Part shown: positions 22,001 through 34,000 of the stretch, piece by piece
How positions within the stretch are numbered: position 1 is the first letter of the stretch
Layout of the letters: each line of letters starts with the position of its first letter
Source of the DNA: Phoronis australis
Lineage: Eukaryota > Animalia > Phoronida
Assembly (NCBI GenBank): GCA_002633005.1
Contig: NMRA01000495.1
Coordinates: 42,921 to 97,771 of the forward strand
Length of the DNA: 54,851 nucleotides
Direction: 5' to 3'
Translations under genes and position numbers: made by a program
Notes under the pieces: model-generated
Database searches by the model: none
What the model was told of the DNA's origin: nothing
What the model saw: the letters and a program-made list of their open reading frames with translations, nothing else

Positions 22001-25000
22001 CGTTTAGAGATCGACAGTTATTATTGTCATTTTCAAAGGCATACAAAAGTTACACCAAGGAGGTTAATGGCCACAATATGCTTTTAGCCTCCTTCAGAAA
22101 TGTTGCACGAACTAGAACTGCACTGTGGAACTTTGTCAGATGAGGTAAGATCAGGGCCAAGTCACATAGGCCTCAAGACTTTAGCATACACTTGTTGCAA
22201 AAAATCACTTACAGAATGGAAACAGCAAATCAAACCCTATAATTCATGAATTCAATCCCACAATTCAACATCTTATGTCCAATGACTTGAGTTGTCACAA
22301 TATTGCTAGGATGGGCTACTAAGCCTCCGAGCATATTATTTTGCTTTTCACTCCATGATTTTCCTAGGTTCTGTGAGATCTTACTTTTTTCGCAAAACCA
22401 AAGTCTACGGAATGCGTTCCTGACTCGCAAGCAAGTTTTACTGAATTACAACGAAGGAGTATGCTGTCTGTCAAAACTAACAGGTGTTGAACACTTTTGA
22501 AAATGTCGATGACTGATGATTTTAAAGACTTGAACACTACATTTTATGTTACGCCAGGGTTTACAACAAACCTGTGACGTGCTGGTAGAGGCGCCAAACC
22601 CAAAAGTAGTCGTTCCCTCCGATGATGCACTGGCTCCAAACCCAACTGTTGTGGTCGCCCCCGACGAGGTGCTGGCACCGAACGCGCTTGATGATGCACC
22701 CTGAAGAGAAGACAAATTACATACACATATATAAACTTATAGAAAGTTTACGTTCAGTAAAGGGCAAAAGTATTCAGACAAAATGAGACGGAATTCCCAG
22801 TCATGACGTCTGGGTAGAAGCCGTATTCACTGTCAGAGTTGTCTCCCCTGATGACTGAGAATGAAGGGGAATTAACTGGAAAATTAGTAAAGGTGCCAGG
22901 GCCATTTTGCAAATTGAATTTTGAGCCACCTTCGCTGTTAGCAGAACCAACTGTCATGACTGAAACGATATTTTGACCGCTCACCCTTTTTTCTTGTACT
23001 GTGCGTAGGTCATAAAAAAATCTTCCGACAGAAAATACATCAGCTGACTGCCATTACAACTAGGAAAACAAGTTACACGCACGCTCCAGTGAATATTTCT
23101 GTTGCGTGTACATACACCTGACTGTACATTTATAAATCACGGCCGTGGAAATCGAAAAGTTTTCAGTCCCATACAAGGAAAGCACAGAGGTGCACAAGAG
23201 TGGTTGCTTCATGTGTCAATCAAGACTCTAACCACATCAATGCCACGTCTGACCAATCCAGGGATGGGACCAGACACACTGAGTGTTTCTGTTCTTAAAG
23301 GGGGAAAGCGACGGTTCTTGATGCTATGTTTACTAAAAACACAGTTCCCTGGTTATATTGAAAATACATTTTTCCGCGTGTGAATTGCCGTTTCCTTAGC
23401 GTGCATTCACTATGCATGGGACAATAGAAAGTGACGGAAATGACCGGGCATTCACTTCCACCAAAGAAACAAAATGACCTTCAACCCGTGAAACACAGTC
23501 CATGCAGGTCATTCGTGTTTCCTCAATAAAAGTAAAAACAGAACCATGAAGCCAGCCCTTTAAGCCATTTTCTATTGTTCCATGCCCAATAAATACACGC
23601 CAGCGGAACAATTCACACGCCAACGCATAATTTCAACACAGCCATCTATCCGTATTCTCACTGAACATAACATCAAAAACAGTTGCTTCCCCTGTACGAT
23701 CTGACCAGGTGAGCAGCATGGAACATGACCTACCAGACCAGTGGTCAATGTCTGTAGCGCCATCTTCATCGTCTGCTCCGCATCACGCTTCTCCACTTCG
23801 GCATCCTCAATCTACGAAGAAAAACGCGTCTCAAAGAGTAAGAGAACGTCGGAGAAAGACAGAATACGTAACCATGTTATACTAGCAGAGTACACGTTTG
23901 CAGTGCACATCAAAAGTGTTTAGACAAAATGACTCTGGTTTCCATTAGGACGTCTGGACTAAGACAGATTCAAAGTCTGAGCAGCCTTCCCTCATGACTG
24001 AGAATGAAAGCCAATGAGGAGGCGAAGCCATTCTGAAATCAGAATTTGCTCGCAAAACTATTTATTACCAGCCGTTTTTGAGGTTTACGGAATTAGCTGT
24101 GAAGATGAGGACACTGTATTTTGTTTGATTACTTTTGTCATACACTTTACCTAATGTTGCATTTGTAGCAAATAATATCCAAACAATTTTAAGTGATTCT
24201 TCTTCAAAGTATAAAACAGATTTTTCCATTGGTGTCCCAGATATGTGTTTAAACAATACTACAGACAATGGATTTAGTAATACTTACTGAATCATGATTC
24301 CCAACAGATTTTTTTTCATTTTTCACGAGATTCTGTTCACAACTCTTGCAACCAAGCATCTTAGGAAACTTCAGTTTTTACTCAATTTTCATTTTCGACG
24401 CATGTCAATGCAGAGAAACTGATTTTCCTTATTTTCCACAACTAATAAATTCACGCAGCTGCCAAACATGTTCTGCTCGACAGTCTAAATGAATCACAGA
24501 TGGCATCACCATCGCAGACTTACCTTAGCCAGGATGTCTGGCAGAATGTCGTTGAGTTCTTTAATTTCTTTGTTAGCTACCTCAATGGGGTTGTCTGTCG
24601 TGGCCACATCCTTACCCTTCGATGTGTCTGCCTCAACCACTTTTGTGAGACTGGCTAGAAAGTAGAGAAAGTTAACATTGTTCAACAAAACTTAACGCAA
24701 AAATAAACACGAGACCGTATCCTATATGATCTTAAATATAAGCTTATCTACAGCAGTTTTAGAACTGAGATATCTGGCTACTTTCCTACATAATGCATAC
24801 GAGAGCTGAGGACTAATTCCACTTTGAAGTTCAGAAACTATTGACCTGCTCAGAGGAAGATCCGTTTCTTGTGATCGTGGATACAAAATTCTCAATGGAT
24901 TTATTTTGGAGTTTCAATATTCGCTAGGTGTTGAAAATGAAGAAATTGGTAATCAGTAACAGATGAGAATAGAATGGTGCGCTACAGCATTAGGGGTGAA

Positions 25001-28000
25001 CAGAATTTAGGTAACAAATGAATACCCACATTCTAGCAGTACCGTTTCACTAAAGGTTAGCACAGTTGAATACCTAAGAGCTGAGCTGTCTGCTTCAAGT
25101 GAACCATAGCCGAGCGGATAGCTCACAGGAATATCCATGGTTTTTCTTTCAGTAGTTCTCGTCTTGATATGCGCTGCAACCGCAGCTCTTAACTATCCGT
25201 CTGCACTGCCCTAACACTAACTAGTAAACGCCATCCAGTCTTCGGTTAAAGTGAGGTAAAACTAACATTACCACAATCACATTAAAGGATTTTGGACAAA
25301 AAAAACACCTCTTTCAATTTGCAGCTTTCCAATGGTAATTTGTTTTTTGTATTATCAACTCGCAGTTTAGTCAATACCAACCTTTTCCACACACATCGTA
25401 ATGTTTAACCAGCCAGTACTAAACTGAAGAGGCTTTTGAGATGCATTGCTAAACTGAAGAGGCTTTTGAGATGCATTGCAAACATTCATTTCCTTAAGCT
25501 AGGAGAAATTTTGAGGTTTTTCCCACCAAATTCCGAACTCTGCCACTTACCAATTTTCTCTTTGATACACGATGCTGCACTATTGAGAGACTTGATTGAC
25601 AGATCGTACTGTTTGTTGAATAAGTAAGATAGACCGAGCTGGTAATGTCTGACATACAATTAAGAAAACAGTCTAATCGCAAGAAACTTTCAGTTTGATT
25701 TAAACTCCAGGCGACAACGTTTCGAAATTAAGGCTATATCCAAATTGAGCGTTCTCAAGGTCTTTTGCAAGACATCAAGACTCGCAGACCAACTATCCAT
25801 CATGGTTCAAAGAGTTACTAAAACTGAAACCAGAGAATGAGAAGCTAATGCAGCTATACTGGCTAATTTTCATCGAATTTCTAGAGTTAAAACGATCCTA
25901 ACACAAACTTTTGAAAAGAAATTCAATTTCATAGCCAAGCAGCACGTCTGCAATATATATCAATTGATCTAAGTGTTTTTAGCCGTGAGGTAATCATTGA
26001 TGCGGTAACTGCTCTGATGAACAAAAAAGGACAATAGAGAAGCACTCCTAATAAACAGACTTCTTGACAAAACCATATAGTGTAAAAATCTAGTGATGAA
26101 GTACAAGGTGCCATGCAAACCATTCACAACGTTGTCACGTAACTTGGAAGCATAAATTTAGTTTCTGAGACATAAATGTAACTAGAGCTCCGCCGACTCC
26201 TGCTTTTCATTTTCCGTTAGTCTTCTAGAATGCAATTCCTATTTTCACAAGTATTTTCCCTCAGTCAGTAATTTGCTAACAAACTCATGACCTCACGATA
26301 CAACTTGCAAAATGAAAGTTTTATATCTTGTCAAATTTTCCACGAGATTACCATATTAATTGCATTTGAAATATTTGCATTATTTCCAGGACCAAACACT
26401 TGAGGTAACACTGACATTATCTACAGTCTGATCAAATTGCGCAATAAATTTCACAAATCTTATTATCCTCAATCTCTTTAGACGGATTATTTCTAAGGAT
26501 ACGACTCGGCAATCTGTCGATTGTCTGCTTCAAGCTGTGAGAGTTGAATCTTCAGGCACTCTGAGAAATCCGATATGGCACTCTCGTACTGTTCTGAAGA
26601 AAGAAACAGACACGATTAAATCAAACATTGAGTAAACAAATAGCCACATCCAAAAATATCGGTCTGCCTCGCAGCGACTTAACAAAACAACCAAATTGTT
26701 GCATTGGATGGTGGTCACATTTTCATAAGGCACAATTCACAATCTTCAATAAGGCACCAACCCTACGGTCATCGTTCTCAGACCTTCTGCATGGGTAATA
26801 CAAGGCCTAGAGTCTATCTCCAAACTTAACTAGAGAGCAAAATTGACAAACCATGGCACAAGATTAGAGTACAGAGTTGACTTGAAGTATGCACTGCAAC
26901 TGATCAACTATCAAGTAAACTTCGGGCTCAGGCCGTAACCTCAAATTCCGATCAAGCACCACAGATTTTGACCAGACACCGAAATTTCGTCGCTTGGTAA
27001 CTGCTTGGATCAGCAAACCTCCTTTGTACTTCCGCCACGTAACAACAACTAATAAACTTGTCTGTTCATAACGAAACAACAGACTTCTTATCATGAATGT
27101 GAGAGCGTGACAATGGACATACCGGTCTCCAGACTAACTTCTCCAAGGTAGTTATGACAGTCAGCTGTTCGTAGTCTCATCTCCTTGGTGTCTTCACGAG
27201 AAAAGATAAACTTAGCCAGTTCCAGCATCTCCCAGGCCAGCTGCAGATTTGGAATGTCATCCGGGTCCTCCTGTCAATGGTAAACAAAGACGTAAAGAGT
27301 TCAAGCTGCACTCTGACATTCATCTGAGTAATGAGTTATAGCTAACCCCTCAGTTCTAATCAAAGACAATCTTCAGGACAACCAGCCTGCCTCCCTCAAC
27401 AAGCGCATGGGCGTCCTCCAAAAGATTGCTCTTTTGTCCTGAATAGAAATTCTCTTCTATTTTTTATCTTCAAGTACCAAAAAATATTTTCTCACTTTTC
27501 TCATGAACCACAGGCATACAGTATATGCTCAATCATGCCTTCTGCCAGACAGCGAAGTGTGATTTATGAGAAAAGAAAAATTTGCAAGAATTGCAGGGAA
27601 TGAGAAAAGAAACATGCCTCCTGAGAAACAAAATGCAGTTGTGGCAAAAGAATGCACGCTGAGCCAGCGACAAAGACCACCTGCCATTTGGGATGTTACA
27701 ATGCTGCAAAGATTAACACAAGTGACGTTACCCAATGACTGGGACCACTTCAACACACACAGTTACTTTTCTCTTTGGTTCTTAAGCTTGATGCCATGGA
27801 ATAGAGAGTCTAGGCAAAATATTCAAATGCATAGTATTTGCAATGACAAGGCCTTCTTTGTGGTACACACTTCAAGGTCAAACCTGGAATACCAACAACT
27901 GGCTTGATTGGCAATCCATAGCAGCAAATTAAAAACATCAAAATTTGCTGGCATTTTCTCCACTATTTTTGTTGGTAGTCTCAAAAGGACAGGCCACTTT

Positions 28001-31000
28001 AGCCCCCCAAATCCACCAATGAGGCGAGTCTCACCTCTCCTTCCTTAGCTTCTCCGTTATCATCCTGACTTGTCTCCTCCGCATCTTGACTTGTCTCCCC
28101 TTCATCCCCATCACCATCTAAAAGCAGACAATATGCACACACTAGAGTTAATAGCGCAAGATTGAAACAACATTTCAGACTTGAAAGCGTTATAATGCAA
28201 TGAAATAAGAAAAACAATAGATGTAAAATTCACTGTTTCCTTATCGAACACTAAACTATTTGAACAATAAGAAAGCTTTTGTAAAATGTTGAGATCGTTT
28301 CCCTGCATATATATATGTACTATGTAAGCCTGAGCGTAACCAATGGTAACAAAGCTCATCATTACAGACTACGTCTGGCGATAAACAGAACACATTTACG
28401 GAGCATTGTCGAAGAAACAAGAGGGAGAATAGCTCTTGTGGTAGGATGGAAGAATAAGACATTTAGAGCAGTGTTCACAAGACATATGACCAGATGTATG
28501 AAAAACATTTTGCGCGATTGATCATGTGACATCCTCTCGGCCAAGCACAGTATCAAATGTGATTGGCCATAATTTTACCATTTTGAAAACGACCAGTCAG
28601 ACGAAGTAGAGAGACAAATACCCAAGAGAAAGACGGCCGATTGGATGTCTTCGTGAACACTAGTCATAAACAGGTTACATGTAATCTGTCGCCTGAATTG
28701 ATTCAGGCATCAGGGGCCTGTTTATCAAAAAGTCTGCTGGCTTTTGTCTGGACTTCACCCAAAAGTTCGAAATGTTTGGTCTCCATATCAATTTGAGCTA
28801 CCAACGGATTTCTTGTGGACAGATTTTATGACTTTCAGCATAACTTTCATGAAACGGGCTTAGTCATCCGTAAACCGATTTTCAGTCAGAAGTCTAAAGC
28901 CAATAGACCCTTCGAGAAGCAGGACCCAAATCTCCCATTGATAATGTGAACGAGTCATCAACTTTAACTTTGACGAAGACTAGAGTGCAATTGTTCCTTG
29001 GTGATGAAGGAACACAACAATAACATGCAATTAGAAAGCTTAGACGGCCTCTGTTAGCAGCATGCAGACAAACACATCCAACGACATTAACGGTCAAACC
29101 TTTGTCATCTCCTACATCCATATCTTCTTCATCTTCTTCCTCCGTGACATCCTTATCCTCCAACAGGCACGCATCGCCTTGATGACCCACCTCAGCCTTA
29201 TCAGAGTCTGTTCTCTTGTCTGACTGTTCTTCTGATTTTTCCTTTCCTTTCTCCACTGCTCCTTTCAGCACTTCCTTTTTCTCAGCTTTCTCCACATTGT
29301 AGGACTTGGATTTCACTTGACCATCAGTGACATCTGACTGTGGCTTCTGATCACTGTCAACCTGACCAACATCTGACAGTGGCTTCTGTTCACCCTCGCC
29401 CTCAGCAAGATCTGGCTGCTGCTTCAGTTTACCCTCAACCTCAGACTCTGGTTGAAGTGCATCACCCACAAGTTTTTGCTCATTCGCAGTCCCGCAGGTT
29501 TTCTCTGTGTCAGCACTGTTAGTGTTGTCACTTTGCCGAGCAGGTGATTTCGATTTTCGCTCCCTCATTTTCATGCTTCTTTCCTGTGTGTCAGCACATT
29601 CAGCATCCCCAATTTGCTGAGCAGGTGCCTTCTGCTCACTCGTTCTCTCTACGTCAGCATTATGCCGAGCTGGTGATTTTCGCTCACTCATTTCCACACT
29701 ACCATCCTCAGCATCAGCACTTTCAGCGTCCCCATTTTGCTGAGAGGGTGACTTCTGGTCACTCATTTCCACACTTGTTTTCTCTGCGTCAGCACTTTTA
29801 GCATTCCCATTTTGCTGAGCGGGTGATTTTTGCTCACTCATTTCTACACTGGCTTCCTCAGCATCAGCACTTTCAGCGTCTCCATTTTGCTGAGAGGGCG
29901 ACTTCTGCTTACTCATTTCCACACTGGTTTTCTCTGCGCCAGCACTTTTAGCATTCCCATTTTGCCGAGCGGGTGTCTTCTGGTCACTTATTTCCATGCT
30001 GGTTTTCTCTGCGTCAGCACTTTTAGCATCCCCATTTCGTTGAGCGGGAGTCATTTCCACACAGTTTTCCTCAGGGTCAGCACTTTTAGCACTGACAATT
30101 TGCTGAGCCGAAGACTTTCGCTCACTTAGTTCCATAATGCTTTTCTTCGAGTCAGCACTGTTATTTTGTTGAGCTGATGACATTTGCTCACTCATTTCTT
30201 CACAAGTTTCCCCCGAATCAGCAGTGGTATCATCACCACTTTGCCGAGCTGAAGAACTTTGCTGACTGACTTCCACATCTTCAGCACCCTCCTCCTGCTG
30301 CCCCGCAGCCTTGGGATTGTTGCTTTGCGACTTCTCATTCATTTTTACATGAATCTCCTCTAGAATATGGGCAGTATCTCCATTCTTCACAATTGCGAAC
30401 TTGACAAACTCCTCGTCTGAATCGCTCATTTCTACGTCGACCTTCTCCACATCGGCGATGTTGTCGTCTCCATTCCGTTGAGCCAACGGCTTCATCTCAT
30501 TCCCCTGCAGCTCACTCACCTCTCCGTTGGTTTTCTCCACAACACCATCGCAGTCTCGTTTTTGCTGTGGCTTTGCGTCACCACTGCCCTCTGCAGGTTT
30601 AACATCTTCACCCTCACGCAAGGTCATAGCCTCGTAGACCTGTTCATGTAGTTTTTCTCTTTCTTCTCCTGTTTTCACAAGCAACCAGCGTAATTAAAAA
30701 GTACTGTGCATGCCTTCCCCAATGTTAAACTACTCACACACACAAAGGACTAATCTACTTCAACTACAAAGCGTCGGAAATACCAGGCCTCGACATTAAC
30801 TTTTTGACTTTTTGGACGACTTCAGTTCAATATGCCCAAACCTCCGAATCCAAAATGACCTAGTCCAAACATTTTAAGGAACAAATATCCATTTTTCACC
30901 TTTGGAAGCCTTGATCTCACTGGCAGAAACTCTTGAAATATTGGTTATTGAATTAATCATAGCTTTTCGACTAAGTGCAGAACAGACAGCAATCGAAAAA

Positions 31001-34000
31001 TGACGCAAGTCATCAGTGTCATAAATGCAGATGAGAACATCAAACATTTACTGGAATTATTATGAGTAACAAATCATGCAATTCTGTTAATGAGTTTACT
31101 CTCAAATTTTTGTGCTTTGTTCTCGGCTGTTTTGAAGTCATTGACCAGCGGCCACCATAGCTGAGTGCCAAGTTGAGTTAGTTTCCTAAAATTACGACAG
31201 TGACTGATAGAAATCTGAACATCCGGTTGAAGGTGGGTTTCCGGCAGATTGTGAGTGAGTCACTTGGAAGTCTTTTGACAGTTTATATATTACAGTAGTT
31301 ACTTATTGCGTATGTGCCTTTGAGATAGAATTGACCTAAGCACATGGTTATGATACTTTGTACAGTCAATTTGGACAACCGGTTAGAAATTTAACTTGTC
31401 TGCACCAAATTTTCAGTTGTCCTGGAGAATTGGAGTTATTAATGTCGAGCCCTGGATACCGAAATTGATTTTGAATGGTAGCGTGCTCCTGAAAATGTGA
31501 ACCCAATAGCAAAACGTTTTATCAGCAAAATGTACTCCTACAGGGTTACAAACAAACTAAGACATACAATGTTGCAATTTTTATGATAGCAATGTTAACT
31601 GTGGCAAAACTGCATCCATTGTGGACACTCATGAATGCGGTTGGTCCATTGAATCAAATTAAATTTGAAAGTTCCAGCAACTTCAGGTAAGCAATACTTG
31701 TTGTGTTAAAAGTATATCAGGCATCCCAAAAAATGAATTGTCTTCGGACCTTAATATAAAAATCTTCAAAAATTTGTACCACATAAATTTTACGCATTAA
31801 CATTCTGGTGATCATGAAATGGACTGTTTTCAATGTCACAAAAACTACTAAGCAGTGGAACCAGAAAATGCAAAACAAAATGGTGGTTTTTGCATACATG
31901 AGTCACAGCAAGTTTGCTTCCGTCTTATGAACTAGGTTAAACTCCCCTCGTGATTTTTTCATGAACGTCCACAATGCTTGAACTGTGAAAATCTGCACAT
32001 TTAATACATCAAAGACAATTAAGCTAGCACTGTTAAAAGCTAACGAGCTCCAACAATCGTTTGGGTCTTACCAGGTAAATTGTCCGCATTTTCAAACTGT
32101 TCGTCTTGCGACAAGTCCTCATCACCTTCATCGGGAACTGAAGCATCGATTCAACAAAATACAATGTTAAACCACACGTTTCTATGAATGTTACTAGCCA
32201 AGGTTGAAATTTGGGTAAATATTTTCACGAAGACAATAAACCGAGTGAAAATACTAACACATCAGCCGAGGCTAATAACATTCGTCTGTATGAAACGTGT
32301 GCAGTTTGATATATTTATGCCATGGATTTATGTTTTAATCCCAGGGCTTGAAATGACCAATGACAACAAAGAGATGATGTAACACTCCACAAATATGCAT
32401 GGTGTATCAAGATGTGGTACAAATACACGTGTATACACAAAGCCATACATTCATATATTAACAAATACAGGATCTTTCAGAATCGTCCCAAAATGCAATC
32501 CTTTTAATGTTATTAACTACTTGAAACTTAAAGAAGGATTACACAGTCTTTAACTGGCTGAATTACGAAAATCAAATTCTGGGACTTTCTTTCTCTCAGT
32601 CAAGACCAGACTTGCCACCAGTGAATACGGTTCAAAACTTCTAAAGCAAAAATATACAACGGATTCCATCTTCAGACGTCATTAAGTAAATGAGCCATCA
32701 GTTTTGATTGGATTGGCTAACCCTTCCAAAATTTGGTTGGCAAACCTTCCAAAATTTGGCAGCTTCATGTCTTGCACTAATAGTCTCTCCGTTCTTTTGG
32801 GTGGTGGAAACCAATGTGAATACTCCGTAATCACTAGGTGGTGCTAATAAACAAAGGTCCCTCTTTTGACACCTTTAGAGCCAGCAGAAAGTACATCGGT
32901 ACATCAGCATGGGGCAGTTCGTGCGATATGGGACCCACGTGATTTACCTGGATGCAGGCATTTCAACGAGAAGGTCCCTGGCGTTGTTTGCGACGCCTGA
33001 TGAATTTTTTTATATTGTTATTTAGCTCTAGCATGATAATTACATGTCACATAAAACAATACAGTATACATCATTTACAAAAAAATAACATTAAAATCAT
33101 TTGTCTGATGAATTTAAGAGTTCCCTATTGCTCTCATGACATAAAAATTTTGAGTTTAACACAGTAAATCATAGTTTGGTAAAATCTCAGGCCATGACAT
33201 TGCACATAAGTGAAATCATTATATTCGTTGAAAAATATGCACCAACGAATTAAAGCTTTACCATAGCTGCAATCAGTCAACAGAAAAACTGGGAACATTC
33301 ACAAACAAAGAGACAGGAACATAACAGTCTTTGATTCACTTCTGAACTCTCCTGGATAATCTTTGATTAAAATTCACCAATAACAACTAGAGACAAACTG
33401 CTTACATCCATAGACTAAAACATTAACTTTGTTCAGGTTTCACCAAACGGAAGTACAACTAGTACCTCCTTTTATTCTAGAAAACCAAATACACACCGTC
33501 ACCGATGGCATTTCCCAAGACACCGTTCTCCATTCTAGCCAACTCCAGCAAAGAACGTCCATAGTAGAGGTAGGCTTCTCCGCACTCCGCAGCAGTCTCG
33601 CCATACTGGGCGGCTCTGGGGAAATATTGTAGGCATGTGGCGAAAAATGTCAGAAAATGGATTCATGTTTAATGGCAAAGCACAATTTGTCACATCTCAA
33701 CATTTTCAAAATGTCACAGGGAAGGCTTAATAAAGGGTCAATTGTCAGATTTTTTGGTGTTTTTTGCATACACGAGTCACATCAAGTTTGCTTGTCCTAT
33801 ATGCAAGACACAATATTTCTCAGAGATAACTATGAATTACGTAATTTTAAAAAGAACCATAACTTGATGCAGCATAAAATAACTGCACCCCCTCAAAAAA
33901 AGACAACCTTCTTGGCTCAGTAGATTACAATTCAGATTCGCACAATTCTCAATATGTGACAGAATTTCAGGCAAGCAAGTTTTGTCAGAAGCCATAACCG

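Larger units (their letters stand above)
20771..26660. repeat. Copy A of the ~5.9 kb direct duplication (partial HINE-like satellite plus NASP exons 8-12)
   Basis: Colinear with 14892-20693; starts inside the satellite array immediately after the gap. Confidence 0.93.

Noticed and set aside
14892-26660. Two complete NASP paralogs
   Set aside because: Only exons 8-12 are duplicated; the 5' and 3' exons are single copy.
28894-30684. 596-aa ORF as a standalone neurofilament- or adhesin-like gene
   Set aside because: It is an internal NASP exon bounded by splice sites; the ORF ends are intronic read-through.
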